From a virus: DNA of 64,000 nucleotides. A program made the position numbers and the translations under genes. The stretch lies in IMG/VR virus record IMGVR_UViG_3300036770_006330. One strand, given 5' to 3'. Shown piece by piece: positions 9,664 to 17,850 of the stretch. Each line of letters begins with the position of its first letter. Position 1 is the first letter of the stretch. Below the pieces are notes generated by a model. The model made no database searches. It was given only the letters and a program-made list of their open reading frames with translations, and was not told the origin of the DNA.

Positions 9664-10295
9664 TGAACCACCACACTAGCTGCGTTCGTGAAATTCGAGA
9701 TATTCGAGTTTAGCGGGTTTTGTCCAACCGTAAGACCATATTGCAGCACCTCGTCGGCAATAAGGTCTCTGGCTATGACTTCGTCGATTGATAATTCATA
9801 TCCAAGATATGCACCAGCAAGAACTCTGTCACCCTTAAGTAAGGTCAAATCAGAAAACTCTTCCACCATCGTTGTTTCTTCTATCCGTGCTTCTCTGTCG
9901 GCCCCTTCTCTTTGCAAACATGGATAGTCAAGTAGGGCAGACCGCACGACTGTCGTCAATCTGTCCCTCATCGCCGTTGTCTGTTCGGAGCCTTCCGTGC
10001 GAACCCAGATGTATGTCCTCATCGCATAGGTAACCTTATACAGCGGGTCAAGGCCAACCCCATAATCCATTCGATTAAAAGAACGCGTTGAAATCGCCAC
10101 TGTTATGATGGTTGGCCAAGAATCAAGAGTAAGTGGTTCATATGTTAAATACTCTTCTGGGTTGGGCAAATCTGCATCATCAAGATTCCAACCGTTTCTA
10201 TACCGAATGAGGCGCCGCGGAATATCCACTTTCAAATATTCAGTCACAAATGACTTCGCAAATTGCGACCCATACATCAACTCTGCGGCCATCAC
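9660..10295 (-). CDS. Probable tail terminator / tail completion protein
   Basis: Position between the neck genes and the sheath; alpha/beta pattern 'WPTIITV...YAMRTYIWVR...RDRLTTVVRSAL'. Confidence 0.5.
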   Translation of the reverse strand: MMAAELMYGSQFAKSFVTEYLKVDIPRRLIRYRNGWNLDDADLPNPEEYLTYEPLTLDSWPTIITVAISTRSFNRMDYGVGLDPLYKVTYAMRTYIWVRTEGSEQTTAMRDRLTTVVRSALLDYPCLQREGADREARIEETTMVEEFSDLTLLKGDRVLAGAYLGYELSIDEVIARDLIADEVLQYGLTVGQNPLNSNISNFTNAASVVVQ

Positions 10296-10753
10296 AGAAC
10301 CTCTCCACGCGCAATCCAGTCAAGGGCATCAACGCCAAGTTTTTTTGCAAACAGAGGAGGCTCAAACACAATTTTACGTTTTGGCATCTTCGTCGTCCCA
10401 TACTGATGGAATTTTGCGTACTCGACAGTTGTGCCAATAGTGAATGAAGTATTGGTCATTGTTTCAAGTGATGCTGTTGCGCCGGTTAGGCTTGCAAACA
10501 ATCTTCCCGAGCGAACAAGAGGTGGAGCTCCAGGGAATCTTGCCATTTTCCATGCTGCGTACTGAGCATCGAGTGGCTGCCACCCACCGACAGGTAGTCC
10601 ATTCGTCGCGAAGTTAGCAGCGTTCGCAAGTTTGACTTGTTGCTTCGCTTTCACCAACACTGGTGTAAAAAGTTTCGTTCTAGCGTGCATCGCGATTAAA
10701 CGGGCAGACGCTTCCTTTGCACCACTAACGCGCACATCGATGTCAATTGGCAC
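10292..10753 (-). CDS. Phage virion morphogenesis protein (Mu gpG / P2 gpS family)
   Basis: WQPL...LVRSGRLFASL...IGTTVEYAKFHQYGT..MPKR motif. Confidence 0.8.
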   Translation of the reverse strand: MPIDIDVRVSGAKEASARLIAMHARTKLFTPVLVKAKQQVKLANAANFATNGLPVGGWQPLDAQYAAWKMARFPGAPPLVRSGRLFASLTGATASLETMTNTSFTIGTTVEYAKFHQYGTTKMPKRKIVFEPPLFAKKLGVDALDWIARGEVL

Positions 10754-11607
10754 TAGATTCTCCGCCTTCTCCAGCGCCGAAGTGCAGCGAGCTCCCTGTC
10801 TGTAAAACCAGTTTCCATTGGTGCGACGTTTCTGGTTGTCAGGTCTTTCACTCCAACGGTGTCATCGTGCATGTTTTGCATTTCTCGAGTTGCTGCGCGA
10901 AGAATAAATAATTTGAACATCTTGATTGCATCGCCGTTCAGCCCGCCGGTATATGTAATTTCAACAACGTCATTTGGAAAGCCCCTGTACAGTTCGATGC
11001 CGTAACGCTGCACTGTGTAGTCATTTCCAGTCGCGGTCGCAGTGCCTCCGGATACGTATGCGCCCAGAGTCTGCGTGTATCCGCCGATTGTGAAAGAAGT
11101 TGGCGTGACTGAAAGTATTTCTCTTCCAGATACATTTAGTCCAGCAGGACTTGCATTCTGGATTGCGACCCGCTGACCTTTTGTAAAATTGTTGGCTGCG
11201 CTAAAGGTGATATTTTCGCCAGACTGAACAGCGCCGGTTATTGATGCCGAACGCTGCAATGCCTCCGCCAGATAAGTTGCGCCCTGAGCGAGATTTCGTA
11301 TTGATACAGATTTGACAGACATAATCGGAGTGTTGCGCATACTCAAGACTATTGATGGCTGTATATAGTTCAGCGTGTCACCAGTGGTATCGAGACTTGC
11401 ATCATAAAAGAAAGACGTAGCCGGAACGCCCTGGAAATAGCTTGGTATTACGTGCTGCTCGACTACTTCTTCTGCCTCGACTGGACGACGCAAAAATGCT
11501 TCAAGCTCACTTTGGAGGCCTTCAAGTACATAATCAGCCGCATCAATTTGGCGCAGACTGAACTTAATGTCCATATACGTCTGCAGTTCTTGGACTGTGA
11601 CGAGCAT
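10753..11607 (-). CDS. Head-tail adaptor (gp6/gp15-like) with an inserted beta-rich domain
   Basis: MLVTVQELQTYM start, 'ELEAFLRR', 'VEITYTGG', C-terminal 'ELAALRRWRRRRI'; an insert of about 75 aa (SITGAVQSGENITFS...TPTSFTI). Confidence 0.7.
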   Translation of the reverse strand: MLVTVQELQTYMDIKFSLRQIDAADYVLEGLQSELEAFLRRPVEAEEVVEQHVIPSYFQGVPATSFFYDASLDTTGDTLNYIQPSIVLSMRNTPIMSVKSVSIRNLAQGATYLAEALQRSASITGAVQSGENITFSAANNFTKGQRVAIQNASPAGLNVSGREILSVTPTSFTIGGYTQTLGAYVSGGTATATGNDYTVQRYGIELYRGFPNDVVEITYTGGLNGDAIKMFKLFILRAATREMQNMHDDTVGVKDLTTRNVAPMETGFTDRELAALRRWRRRRI

Positions 11608-11615
11608 TAACTCTC

Positions 11616-11837
11616 CTAGGTTGTTCTGGCGAGGTTAAGACGTCGTCTTTCTCTCAGCAATTCTCGGCCTTGGCCACGCGGCGTTCTTCTTCCGCCACCA
11701 CCAACTACGTCTGCTAGACGATTGAGTCCGTACGAAACGGCTCTCCTCCACCAAGCAGGGCGAAATCCACCAGCCTGCGCAGCCCTCCGCGTCGGAGAGG
11801 GAAGTTCTGTATCAACGGCATTATTAGGAATAGGCAT
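11616..11837 (-). CDS. Small Arg-rich hypothetical protein
   Basis: 73 aa with a GAGG RBS; very basic. Confidence 0.55.
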   Translation of the reverse strand: MPIPNNAVDTELPSPTRRAAQAGGFRPAWWRRAVSYGLNRLADVVGGGGRRTPRGQGRELLRERRRLNLARTT

Positions 11838-11891
11838 ATAACCTCACAGGTATTCCAAGAAAGTCTACACCATTATAAATTATGACCCCGG

Positions 11892-12437
11892 CTATCGGTC
11901 ATCATTAGGCGGTCGTTCAAGCACCACTGATTCCTGCGCCCCAGATGGAGCCTCAATAGGCACCCACGCTGGAGAGTAAACATGTTCTTTTATTTTGCGC
12001 ATCTTGATTAACGAGCCATCAAGCATCAATTCCGACTCTGTCACGTTCATATTGAACAGTTCATCAATCTGCTCAATTGTGTATTTCCTGCTTTGGTATA
12101 TCTGCTTGACAATTGAAGACATGTGTTTTGCAACGATGCTTCCCTTTGGTCGGTTAACTCGCACATGCATGACCATCGCATCAATGTCATCGACATTAAC
12201 AAGAACGCACGGAACTCCATCGCCGTAGCTTTTTGTCAAACTCTTAGACGAAGAAATTGCAATAAGCCTGTGGTATCCATCAATTACCAATCCGGATGAT
12301 TTCTGCACAATGAGCGGCGAAAGCAGCCCATAATCGGATATTGAATCAGAAAGTATTTTTAGGTCAGGCTTAAGAACGTGTGTGGCTCGCCATGGAGCTG
12401 GAGTCAGGCGTGCCGGCTTAACACTTTCGATTTTCAT
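11892..12437 (-). CDS. ParB/Srx-fold protein (IbrB-like)
   Basis: LSDSISDYGLLSPLIV...VIDGYHRL ParB-N motif and IbrB-like 'VRVNRPKG'. Confidence 0.8.
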   Translation of the reverse strand: MKIESVKPARLTPAPWRATHVLKPDLKILSDSISDYGLLSPLIVQKSSGLVIDGYHRLIAISSSKSLTKSYGDGVPCVLVNVDDIDAMVMHVRVNRPKGSIVAKHMSSIVKQIYQSRKYTIEQIDELFNMNVTESELMLDGSLIKMRKIKEHVYSPAWVPIEAPSGAQESVVLERPPNDDR

Positions 12438-12775
12438 GGCTGCACCTGTACTCGGACATTTGCGTTCAGTGTTCGAAGGGCATCGATGCTCGTTCGAAGC
12501 GAAAGAAGTTTCTCACGTTTCGCCTTAACAAGACCCTCGGCTAATGCATAGTCATCAAAAAGCGATGCAGTTGTCCATACCGCATATTGTTTCTTTTCCT
12601 CAACTGGGCCCTTACCGGTGAGGTACGCCTTGGCATGTCCGTTCTTGTATGCGGATTCCTTTTTTGCCAAATCGATGCAGAGCGCTTCGAAGGCTTCTGT
12701 TTCTTCCTCAAGCATGTCTGTTAAGCGCAACAACTCTTGCTCGATATCTATTTGGCTAATCGGCCTCGTTCGCAT
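12434..12775 (-). CDS. Helical hypothetical protein (possibly UvsY-like recombination mediator)
   Basis: All-helical, 113 aa, inside the recombination cluster; function is inference only. Confidence 0.4.
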   Translation of the reverse strand: MRTRPISQIDIEQELLRLTDMLEEETEAFEALCIDLAKKESAYKNGHAKAYLTGKGPVEEKKQYAVWTTASLFDDYALAEGLVKAKREKLLSLRTSIDALRTLNANVRVQVQP

Positions 12776-13292
12776 TTATCAACCCCTCCAGTGGTGTCCA
12801 ATCTATCTTCTCGAGAGCTGAGAGAGCTGTGTTCGGCCATGAAAATTTTGGGCAGCCGAGTTTTGCCATAACCATTTCTTCCAATACCCATGCGTCGCAC
12901 ATATCATCGGCATGCGCGCCTTTCCAGACTATTCCAGTAATAGCTGATATTGAAGATATTACTTCCGACTTGCCAGCATTACCCTTCCCGGTAGCAAATT
13001 TGGCTCTGCATGTTGGCGGTATCTCTAGGTATGGGATATCCATATTCAGTAGGAATACTCTGACAACGCCTCCGAGTTCACCGATTGAGTGAGCCTGCGA
13101 ATTTCGGGAAGCGAAAGAGTAGCCCTCTATTGCCACAATGTCGATTCTTTTATCAACAACAATATTCTCCACTTCTCTTCCAATTTTGCGCAGTCGCTCG
13201 GCCCCAAATTCACCAGTTGATATAAAGCCAGCTTCGCCGTTGTGGCAGTAGCCGGTGGAGGTTAAAGAAAGGTCAAGCCCAAGAACATTCAC
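12756..13292 (-). CDS. ruvC: RuvC-like Holliday junction resolvase
   Basis: VLGLDLSLTSTG, AIEGYSF, KFATGKGNAGK and DDMCDA catalytic motifs; start re-assigned to GTG 13292. Confidence 0.85.
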   Translation of the reverse strand: MNVLGLDLSLTSTGYCHNGEAGFISTGEFGAERLRKIGREVENIVVDKRIDIVAIEGYSFASRNSQAHSIGELGGVVRVFLLNMDIPYLEIPPTCRAKFATGKGNAGKSEVISSISAITGIVWKGAHADDMCDAWVLEEMVMAKLGCPKFSWPNTALSALEKIDWTPLEGLINANEAD

Positions 13293-13309
13293 TTGCGGAA
13301 CTCTATCCC

Positions 13310-13346
13310 AAAAACAAAGACCCGCTGGCTCTAGCAAACCAGCGGG
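13310..13346 (-). terminator. Intrinsic terminator
   Basis: CCCGCTGG...CCAGCGGG hairpin followed by TCTTTGTTTTT on the minus strand. Confidence 0.7.
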
Positions 13347-13444
13347 GATTAATCAAGGGCGCGGTGCCCAAGCCTACTTTGCGTGAAACCACTAGACTTA
13401 GGACCACCTGCCTTTCCTCGTGTAGATACGGACTGGCTAGATGT
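13310..13444 (-). ncRNA. Candidate structured small RNA
   Basis: Extended -10 (TGGTACTCT, 13450-13458), a long stem (13393-13407 pairing with 13361-13376), then an intrinsic terminator, all in an ORF-free gap. Confidence 0.45.
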
Positions 13445-13490
13445 TGGTCAGAGTACCATTACAAAAGTTTCAGCTGGAGTAAATGATTAC

Positions 13491-13793
13491 TTATCTTTCC
13501 CATCCATGCCTAGCAAGACCAAGGTCAAAGGCAAGCTGCGGATAGTTTCCGATTCTGTTGTGACAACCCCTGCACACAGCCAATAAATTATTTTCATCGA
13601 GTATTGACCCTCCCTGTGAGCGACGGACTATTTCATGAATGTCCGTACTTGGTCTACGGTTGTAAATCGAAAGTTCGTCGTGTTCGGCAAAAACCGGACA
13701 CGCTTCGCAATACGGTCTCTGCGCCAACAATCGAGCGACAAGGGGTCTACGCAGCCTGTACTCGGCTTCTTTCTTTTTGGAGCGATATCGCAT
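13491..13793 (-). CDS. HNH endonuclease
   Basis: CEAC...DIHEIVRRSQGG...NNLLAVCRGCHNRI. Confidence 0.8.
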   Translation of the reverse strand: MRYRSKKKEAEYRLRRPLVARLLAQRPYCEACPVFAEHDELSIYNRRPSTDIHEIVRRSQGGSILDENNLLAVCRGCHNRIGNYPQLAFDLGLARHGWER

Positions 13794-14275
13794 TACTGCG
13801 ATTTTATATCGTCAAAACTCCATTTGTTGTCAAGCGCTTCCCAGAGAGCCACGTCAAGGTCTGTCTCTTCCATATCGAATTCAATCATCAGTTCCTTATG
13901 CTTACGGATGGCCGCCTCAAGAAATTGAGCACGCGCAGCGACACTCTCATCTTCCCCAAGCGAAACCACATAATCAAGGCGCTTATCTACATAGAACTTG
14001 AATCGCTCTATTTTGGCCAGCCGTGAATCATATGACGTCATGGCTTCTGCAAGAAGGGCCTTTCCGTCCTCGCCGAATTGGGAATAGCGGTCGATATCAA
14101 GTTCCTTATCGCTCTTGATGTCGTCAATTTGTGCCGAAAGGTTGCGCACCAGCGCGACCAGTGCTCGCTTCCAACGTTCGCGATTTTGCGGCAGTTCAAG
14201 ATACTCGCGCTGCGCATCCGACACGCGGTTCTTTACATCATCAGCAACAAGACGAGAGAAAATCTCGTCATTCAT
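13793..14275 (-). CDS. Coiled-coil hypothetical protein
   Basis: Start re-assigned to ATG 14275 (MNDEIFSRLV), which overlaps the upstream stop. Confidence 0.6.
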   Translation of the reverse strand: MNDEIFSRLVADDVKNRVSDAQREYLELPQNRERWKRALVALVRNLSAQIDDIKSDKELDIDRYSQFGEDGKALLAEAMTSYDSRLAKIERFKFYVDKRLDYVVSLGEDESVAARAQFLEAAIRKHKELMIEFDMEETDLDVALWEALDNKWSFDDIKSQ

Positions 14276-15080
14276 TCGCTGGGTTCCAATATGGGCAGAG
14301 AGTTGATTTGAAAAAGCAGAAGTTGCAGAGTCCTGATGGAATGGTAGGCCAGTTTTGTTGTTCATGTGATTTAACTATCTCCTTCTTTGTTGTAACGATT
14401 GTATTTTTTGCTTTCTCCAAATCCAACTCGGACGGAGAATATTTTTTTCGCACACCGTGCTTGATGTACAAAAGTTCTAATTCAAAGTTTTCTTTACCGT
14501 GCAATTCTCGCATCAGGAGTGCGTAAAGGCAGAGTTGAAAAAACTTATCTCCTGCGTATTTATCAGCTGGGACCTTGCCGGTTTTGTAGTCAGAGATTGT
14601 GACCAAGTTATTTGCCTCGACCCAACGGTCTATGTATCCCTTGATGAGCACGCCATCAATTTCGCCGTAAACCTCAAATTCGACACCAGAAGGATTAACC
14701 ATCACGGGGTCTTCCAGCACAAAAATGTTTTCCACACACCACCACGCACTCCAGCGGAAGTCGTTGATTGACTTCCATGTCAATTGAGGCGCGCGCATGT
14801 GGAGCAACGGAGTTACAACATCTTCCCAGCCACCATTAACCCATGTAGCCGTACAGCAAGAACGAAGCGACGCAACGTTTCGCTCTTCCGGCGGGATGGT
14901 TGTATAAAACAACTCCATCACGTCGTGCACGAAATTGCCGAACGTTGTGTGGGTCGTCGGCGGCTCTTTAATTCCGTCAACACGTGAAAGCTTGAACTTG
15001 AGAGGACACTGAATATATGTCTGGATTGAAGATGCAGACAGATGTTCAGGAAGTTTTGGCTGTGGGGCGGCATCCGTCAC
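14268..15080 (-). CDS. Cas4/RecB-like PD-(D/E)xK exonuclease with Fe-S cysteines
   Basis: HLSASS...CP, GYIDR, DYKTG, QLCLYA, CNFC...CP. Confidence 0.9.
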   Translation of the reverse strand: MTDAAPQPKLPEHLSASSIQTYIQCPLKFKLSRVDGIKEPPTTHTTFGNFVHDVMELFYTTIPPEERNVASLRSCCTATWVNGGWEDVVTPLLHMRAPQLTWKSINDFRWSAWWCVENIFVLEDPVMVNPSGVEFEVYGEIDGVLIKGYIDRWVEANNLVTISDYKTGKVPADKYAGDKFFQLCLYALLMRELHGKENFELELLYIKHGVRKKYSPSELDLEKAKNTIVTTKKEIVKSHEQQNWPTIPSGLCNFCFFKSTLCPYWNPANE

Positions 15081-15742
15081 TTTGGCTCATTTTCTACAAT
15101 AATTCCGCCAAACATGATGCGGGTTGCCTCAACGGTCAGGAACTCAATTTCCTCAGCCTTGGCCGTTTCCTTCGTCGGTGTTGGCTTTCCACCAGAGAAT
15201 GCGGACCAGGAGGCGCGGAGTTCTTCTTTTTGCTCCTTATTGAGCGACTTGCTCAAGGAGACGAACTGGTCCCACGGTGTTGGTTCTGCCTTTGGTGCTG
15301 CCTCGACTTCTGCCGTTGCTTCCATGACCTGCTCAATCTCAATTGCATCGTCAGTACGAGCAAGATACAGACCGACACCGAGCGTCTGGGCTGCCTTCTT
15401 CAACGCGTCTGAAATCGCGCCCTTGAACTCATCGCCGAGGTCAACAATCGTTCCCTGCTTCGTGCGCTTGATTTTCTGACCACCGATTCCGTCGCGGATG
15501 ATGTTTGCTCCATCGCCAGAGACGTATTCAAGACGAACGTGAGCGACAACAAAGTCCGGGTCAATCGCATCGCGTTCACACTTGATGACGGTCATTGACC
15601 ATTTGTCGACACCAAGAACTTTGTTCATGCGGTTGATGACTTCGCTGACAGGTATGTACGTCAGTGAAGTTCCGCTCTTGGTGATTGTTCGCTCCACCTC
15701 TGGGTGGAACGGCTCGGTTAGTTGCTGGTAGATGTTTGCCAC
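15077..15742 (-). CDS. Rad52/Sak-family single-strand annealing recombinase
   Basis: LTYIPVSEVINRMNKVLGVDKW...FKGAISDALKKAAQTLGVGLYL; start re-assigned to GTG 15742. Confidence 0.9.
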   Translation of the reverse strand: MANIYQQLTEPFHPEVERTITKSGTSLTYIPVSEVINRMNKVLGVDKWSMTVIKCERDAIDPDFVVAHVRLEYVSGDGANIIRDGIGGQKIKRTKQGTIVDLGDEFKGAISDALKKAAQTLGVGLYLARTDDAIEIEQVMEATAEVEAAPKAEPTPWDQFVSLSKSLNKEQKEELRASWSAFSGGKPTPTKETAKAEEIEFLTVEATRIMFGGIIVENEPK

Positions 15743-15743
15743 G

Positions 15744-16262
15744 TTATTTCGCCTTTCGTACGATGATGTTTGTTTTTGCTTCGCCAACTTCGCAGAAGTT
15801 ATCTGCGCTGATGCCGATTTTGGATAGCTCTTTTACGCGCCAGTAAGACACCGCAGCGAATTCAAACATCTTGACCATCATGTCCTGCGGCGTCATGACA
15901 ACTTCGCCGGTATCCATATCGACTGCCATGTCGTTGATGCGGCTCGCTACGTTTTTTGCAAGTTCTGCGTGGTTCCATGACTTGCGGTCTGCGCCAGATT
16001 TTTTCTCCACCTTGTGACCGCCCTCGAGATTCACCTCCGGGATGTCGCCCATCTTGTCAATCATGATTTTGCACGCTCCGTCATACACAACAGAGATGTC
16101 CGCCTTGAGTGAGTGTAGGCCGACAATTGCATCGGCGAGTTTGGAAATATCCACGTCGTTTTCAGAGAGTGCAACAAATTGCTTCTCAAGGTCGATGAGA
16201 GCAGAACTTATTTGAGTGAGTTGCTCTTGCCATTGCTCGTAGGTTGATGCATCAGTACTCAT
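15744..16262 (-). CDS. Hypothetical protein upstream of the Rad52-like gene
   Basis: Clear GAGGG RBS; no motif recognised with confidence. Confidence 0.6.
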   Translation of the reverse strand: MSTDASTYEQWQEQLTQISSALIDLEKQFVALSENDVDISKLADAIVGLHSLKADISVVYDGACKIMIDKMGDIPEVNLEGGHKVEKKSGADRKSWNHAELAKNVASRINDMAVDMDTGEVVMTPQDMMVKMFEFAAVSYWRVKELSKIGISADNFCEVGEAKTNIIVRKAK

Positions 16263-16299
16263 AATCCCTCCTAGGTTTTATAAGTGTAGGTTTTAGGTG

Positions 16300-17604
16300 T
16301 CAGATAATTATAGACACCGGACGGCGCTGTGGCAACCCCAAACCAGCAAGATATGTAAATGCACCGACTGCCGAGTCGACCTGGTCGTCGTGGTCGCAGG
16401 CTTCAGGGAAAGACGAAAACTCATCAAGCCAATCCGTCAACCATGCCCCACGAACAACTCTTACGTTTCCATTAGCTACTGCTGCGGCAAATGGCCGAGA
16501 CCTGGTCTCCTTGTCTCCGGTGGAACGAATGCCTTGGAAGTCATAGCCTGGCAAAACGTATCTCGCATATTGGTCAACGAGGGCCTTGCCTGAAGAGCCG
16601 GGCTCCTGTTCCATTCTCACTGAAACCGAATGCCCGTCCTCGTAGGCTGTTTGAGCTATTAGCTGTTCGACTTTCTCGTTTTTGACCCGGGCGCGCTTTA
16701 CGTCCAGGATGTAGGCGATTCCTTGGTCAAAAAGCATTAACGTTCCCACCGTATAGTCGGGGTCAGGGTTTGAAGGACCAGGCTCGGAAGCCGCCAAATC
16801 CCAGAATCGAACCGCTCTCGCAGACGATAAAACCTGCGGAACTTCCTGGTGGTCAATAACAACAAAATTAGTTCTATCGAATAAAGTTCCCAGAGTAGTA
16901 GCCCACCAGTCGCCCATTTCGAGACGACGACGCTCAATCGGGTCAAGTGCAGAGAGGGCCTGTCGATACGAATCGGCATCGATGCCGGGGTTGTCGGTCA
17001 GCTTGGAGGGTACAAATATTCTGTTCTGCTCCCGCCCCTCAACGATGAATCTCTGGCGGACCCAATTGGGAGCGGGGTTTGATGCTGCCCGCATACGAAG
17101 TGGGACTTTGGATAGTTCTCCAGTTGAAGGCCTTCTTAGTCGAGAAAAGAGATAGCGATAATCTGATTCTCGAATTTCGGTCACCTCATCCATACCAATG
17201 AACTGGAATTCAGAGCCCTTGTATCTCAAGTAGTCATTCGTATTATTCAGGTATCCGAAAGATATTCGTGCCCCAGACGGGAAAGTAGCTACGTAGGTGT
17301 TGTTATTCCAATGGACTTCATCATAATTAGTTATCCATGAACGAAATCGGTCCATCAGGGCTCCCGGCAGGGCCAGGTCGGCATAGGTTTTTCTGAACAG
17401 GATTGCGGAATACCCAGGTATGTCAACGTACTGGAGGGCGGACATCAAAAGAGCGGATGATTTTCCTCCGCCAGCCGCACCGCCAAAAAGCGCTTCAATT
17501 GAGTAGGTACGCAGAAATACATTCTGTGTAATTGAAGGAGCTTCAGGACAGTAAAGCGGTTCCTTTGGTTTTAAATACTGAAGTACTTTGTTCCAGTCAG
17601 TCAT
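16300..17604 (-). CDS. terL: Terminase large subunit
   Basis: GGAAGGGKS Walker A, FIGMDE Walker B, ASNP, RFWDLA nuclease motif, HDDQVDS. Confidence 0.97.
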   Translation of the reverse strand: MTDWNKVLQYLKPKEPLYCPEAPSITQNVFLRTYSIEALFGGAAGGGKSSALLMSALQYVDIPGYSAILFRKTYADLALPGALMDRFRSWITNYDEVHWNNNTYVATFPSGARISFGYLNNTNDYLRYKGSEFQFIGMDEVTEIRESDYRYLFSRLRRPSTGELSKVPLRMRAASNPAPNWVRQRFIVEGREQNRIFVPSKLTDNPGIDADSYRQALSALDPIERRRLEMGDWWATTLGTLFDRTNFVVIDHQEVPQVLSSARAVRFWDLAASEPGPSNPDPDYTVGTLMLFDQGIAYILDVKRARVKNEKVEQLIAQTAYEDGHSVSVRMEQEPGSSGKALVDQYARYVLPGYDFQGIRSTGDKETRSRPFAAAVANGNVRVVRGAWLTDWLDEFSSFPEACDHDDQVDSAVGAFTYLAGLGLPQRRPVSIII

Positions 17605-17676
17605 GAGTTCTCATTCAAGCCACGTATTGGTACTAGTATTTAATCACATGTTCAGTGCTTATCCGAATGGGGTTCG

Positions 17677-17841
17677 ATGAAATTCGCACAATGGTTTACT
17701 CGGTCAAGAGCTGCCAATCTTCTTATCGCGTCATTTATAATTATGACAACGATAGGCGCTTTCATTTTTAGTATTCCGGTGGGTTTTATAGTCGCCGGAG
17801 TGTCGTGCGGCGCCGTCGGGCTCCTTCTCGGACTGGAATAA
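17677..17841 (+). CDS. Small two-TM membrane protein preceding the portal
   Basis: Not in the ORF track. MKFAQWFTRSRAANLLIASFIIMTTIGAFIFSIPVGFIVAGVSCGAVGLLLGLE (54 aa); small hydrophobic genes in this position are common in HK97-type head modules. Confidence 0.65.
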   Translation: MKFAQWFTRSRAANLLIASFIIMTTIGAFIFSIPVGFIVAGVSCGAVGLLLGLE

Positions 17842-17850
17842 ATATAAAAC

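Noticed and set aside
1-11607. Tail genes as a stand-alone contractile injection system or tailocin
   Set aside because: Terminase, portal, protease, capsid and neck genes are all present, so this is a complete phage.
14268-15080. Cas4-like gene as evidence of a CRISPR-Cas system
   Set aside because: No repeat-spacer array or other cas genes seen; the context is a Rad52 recombination module.
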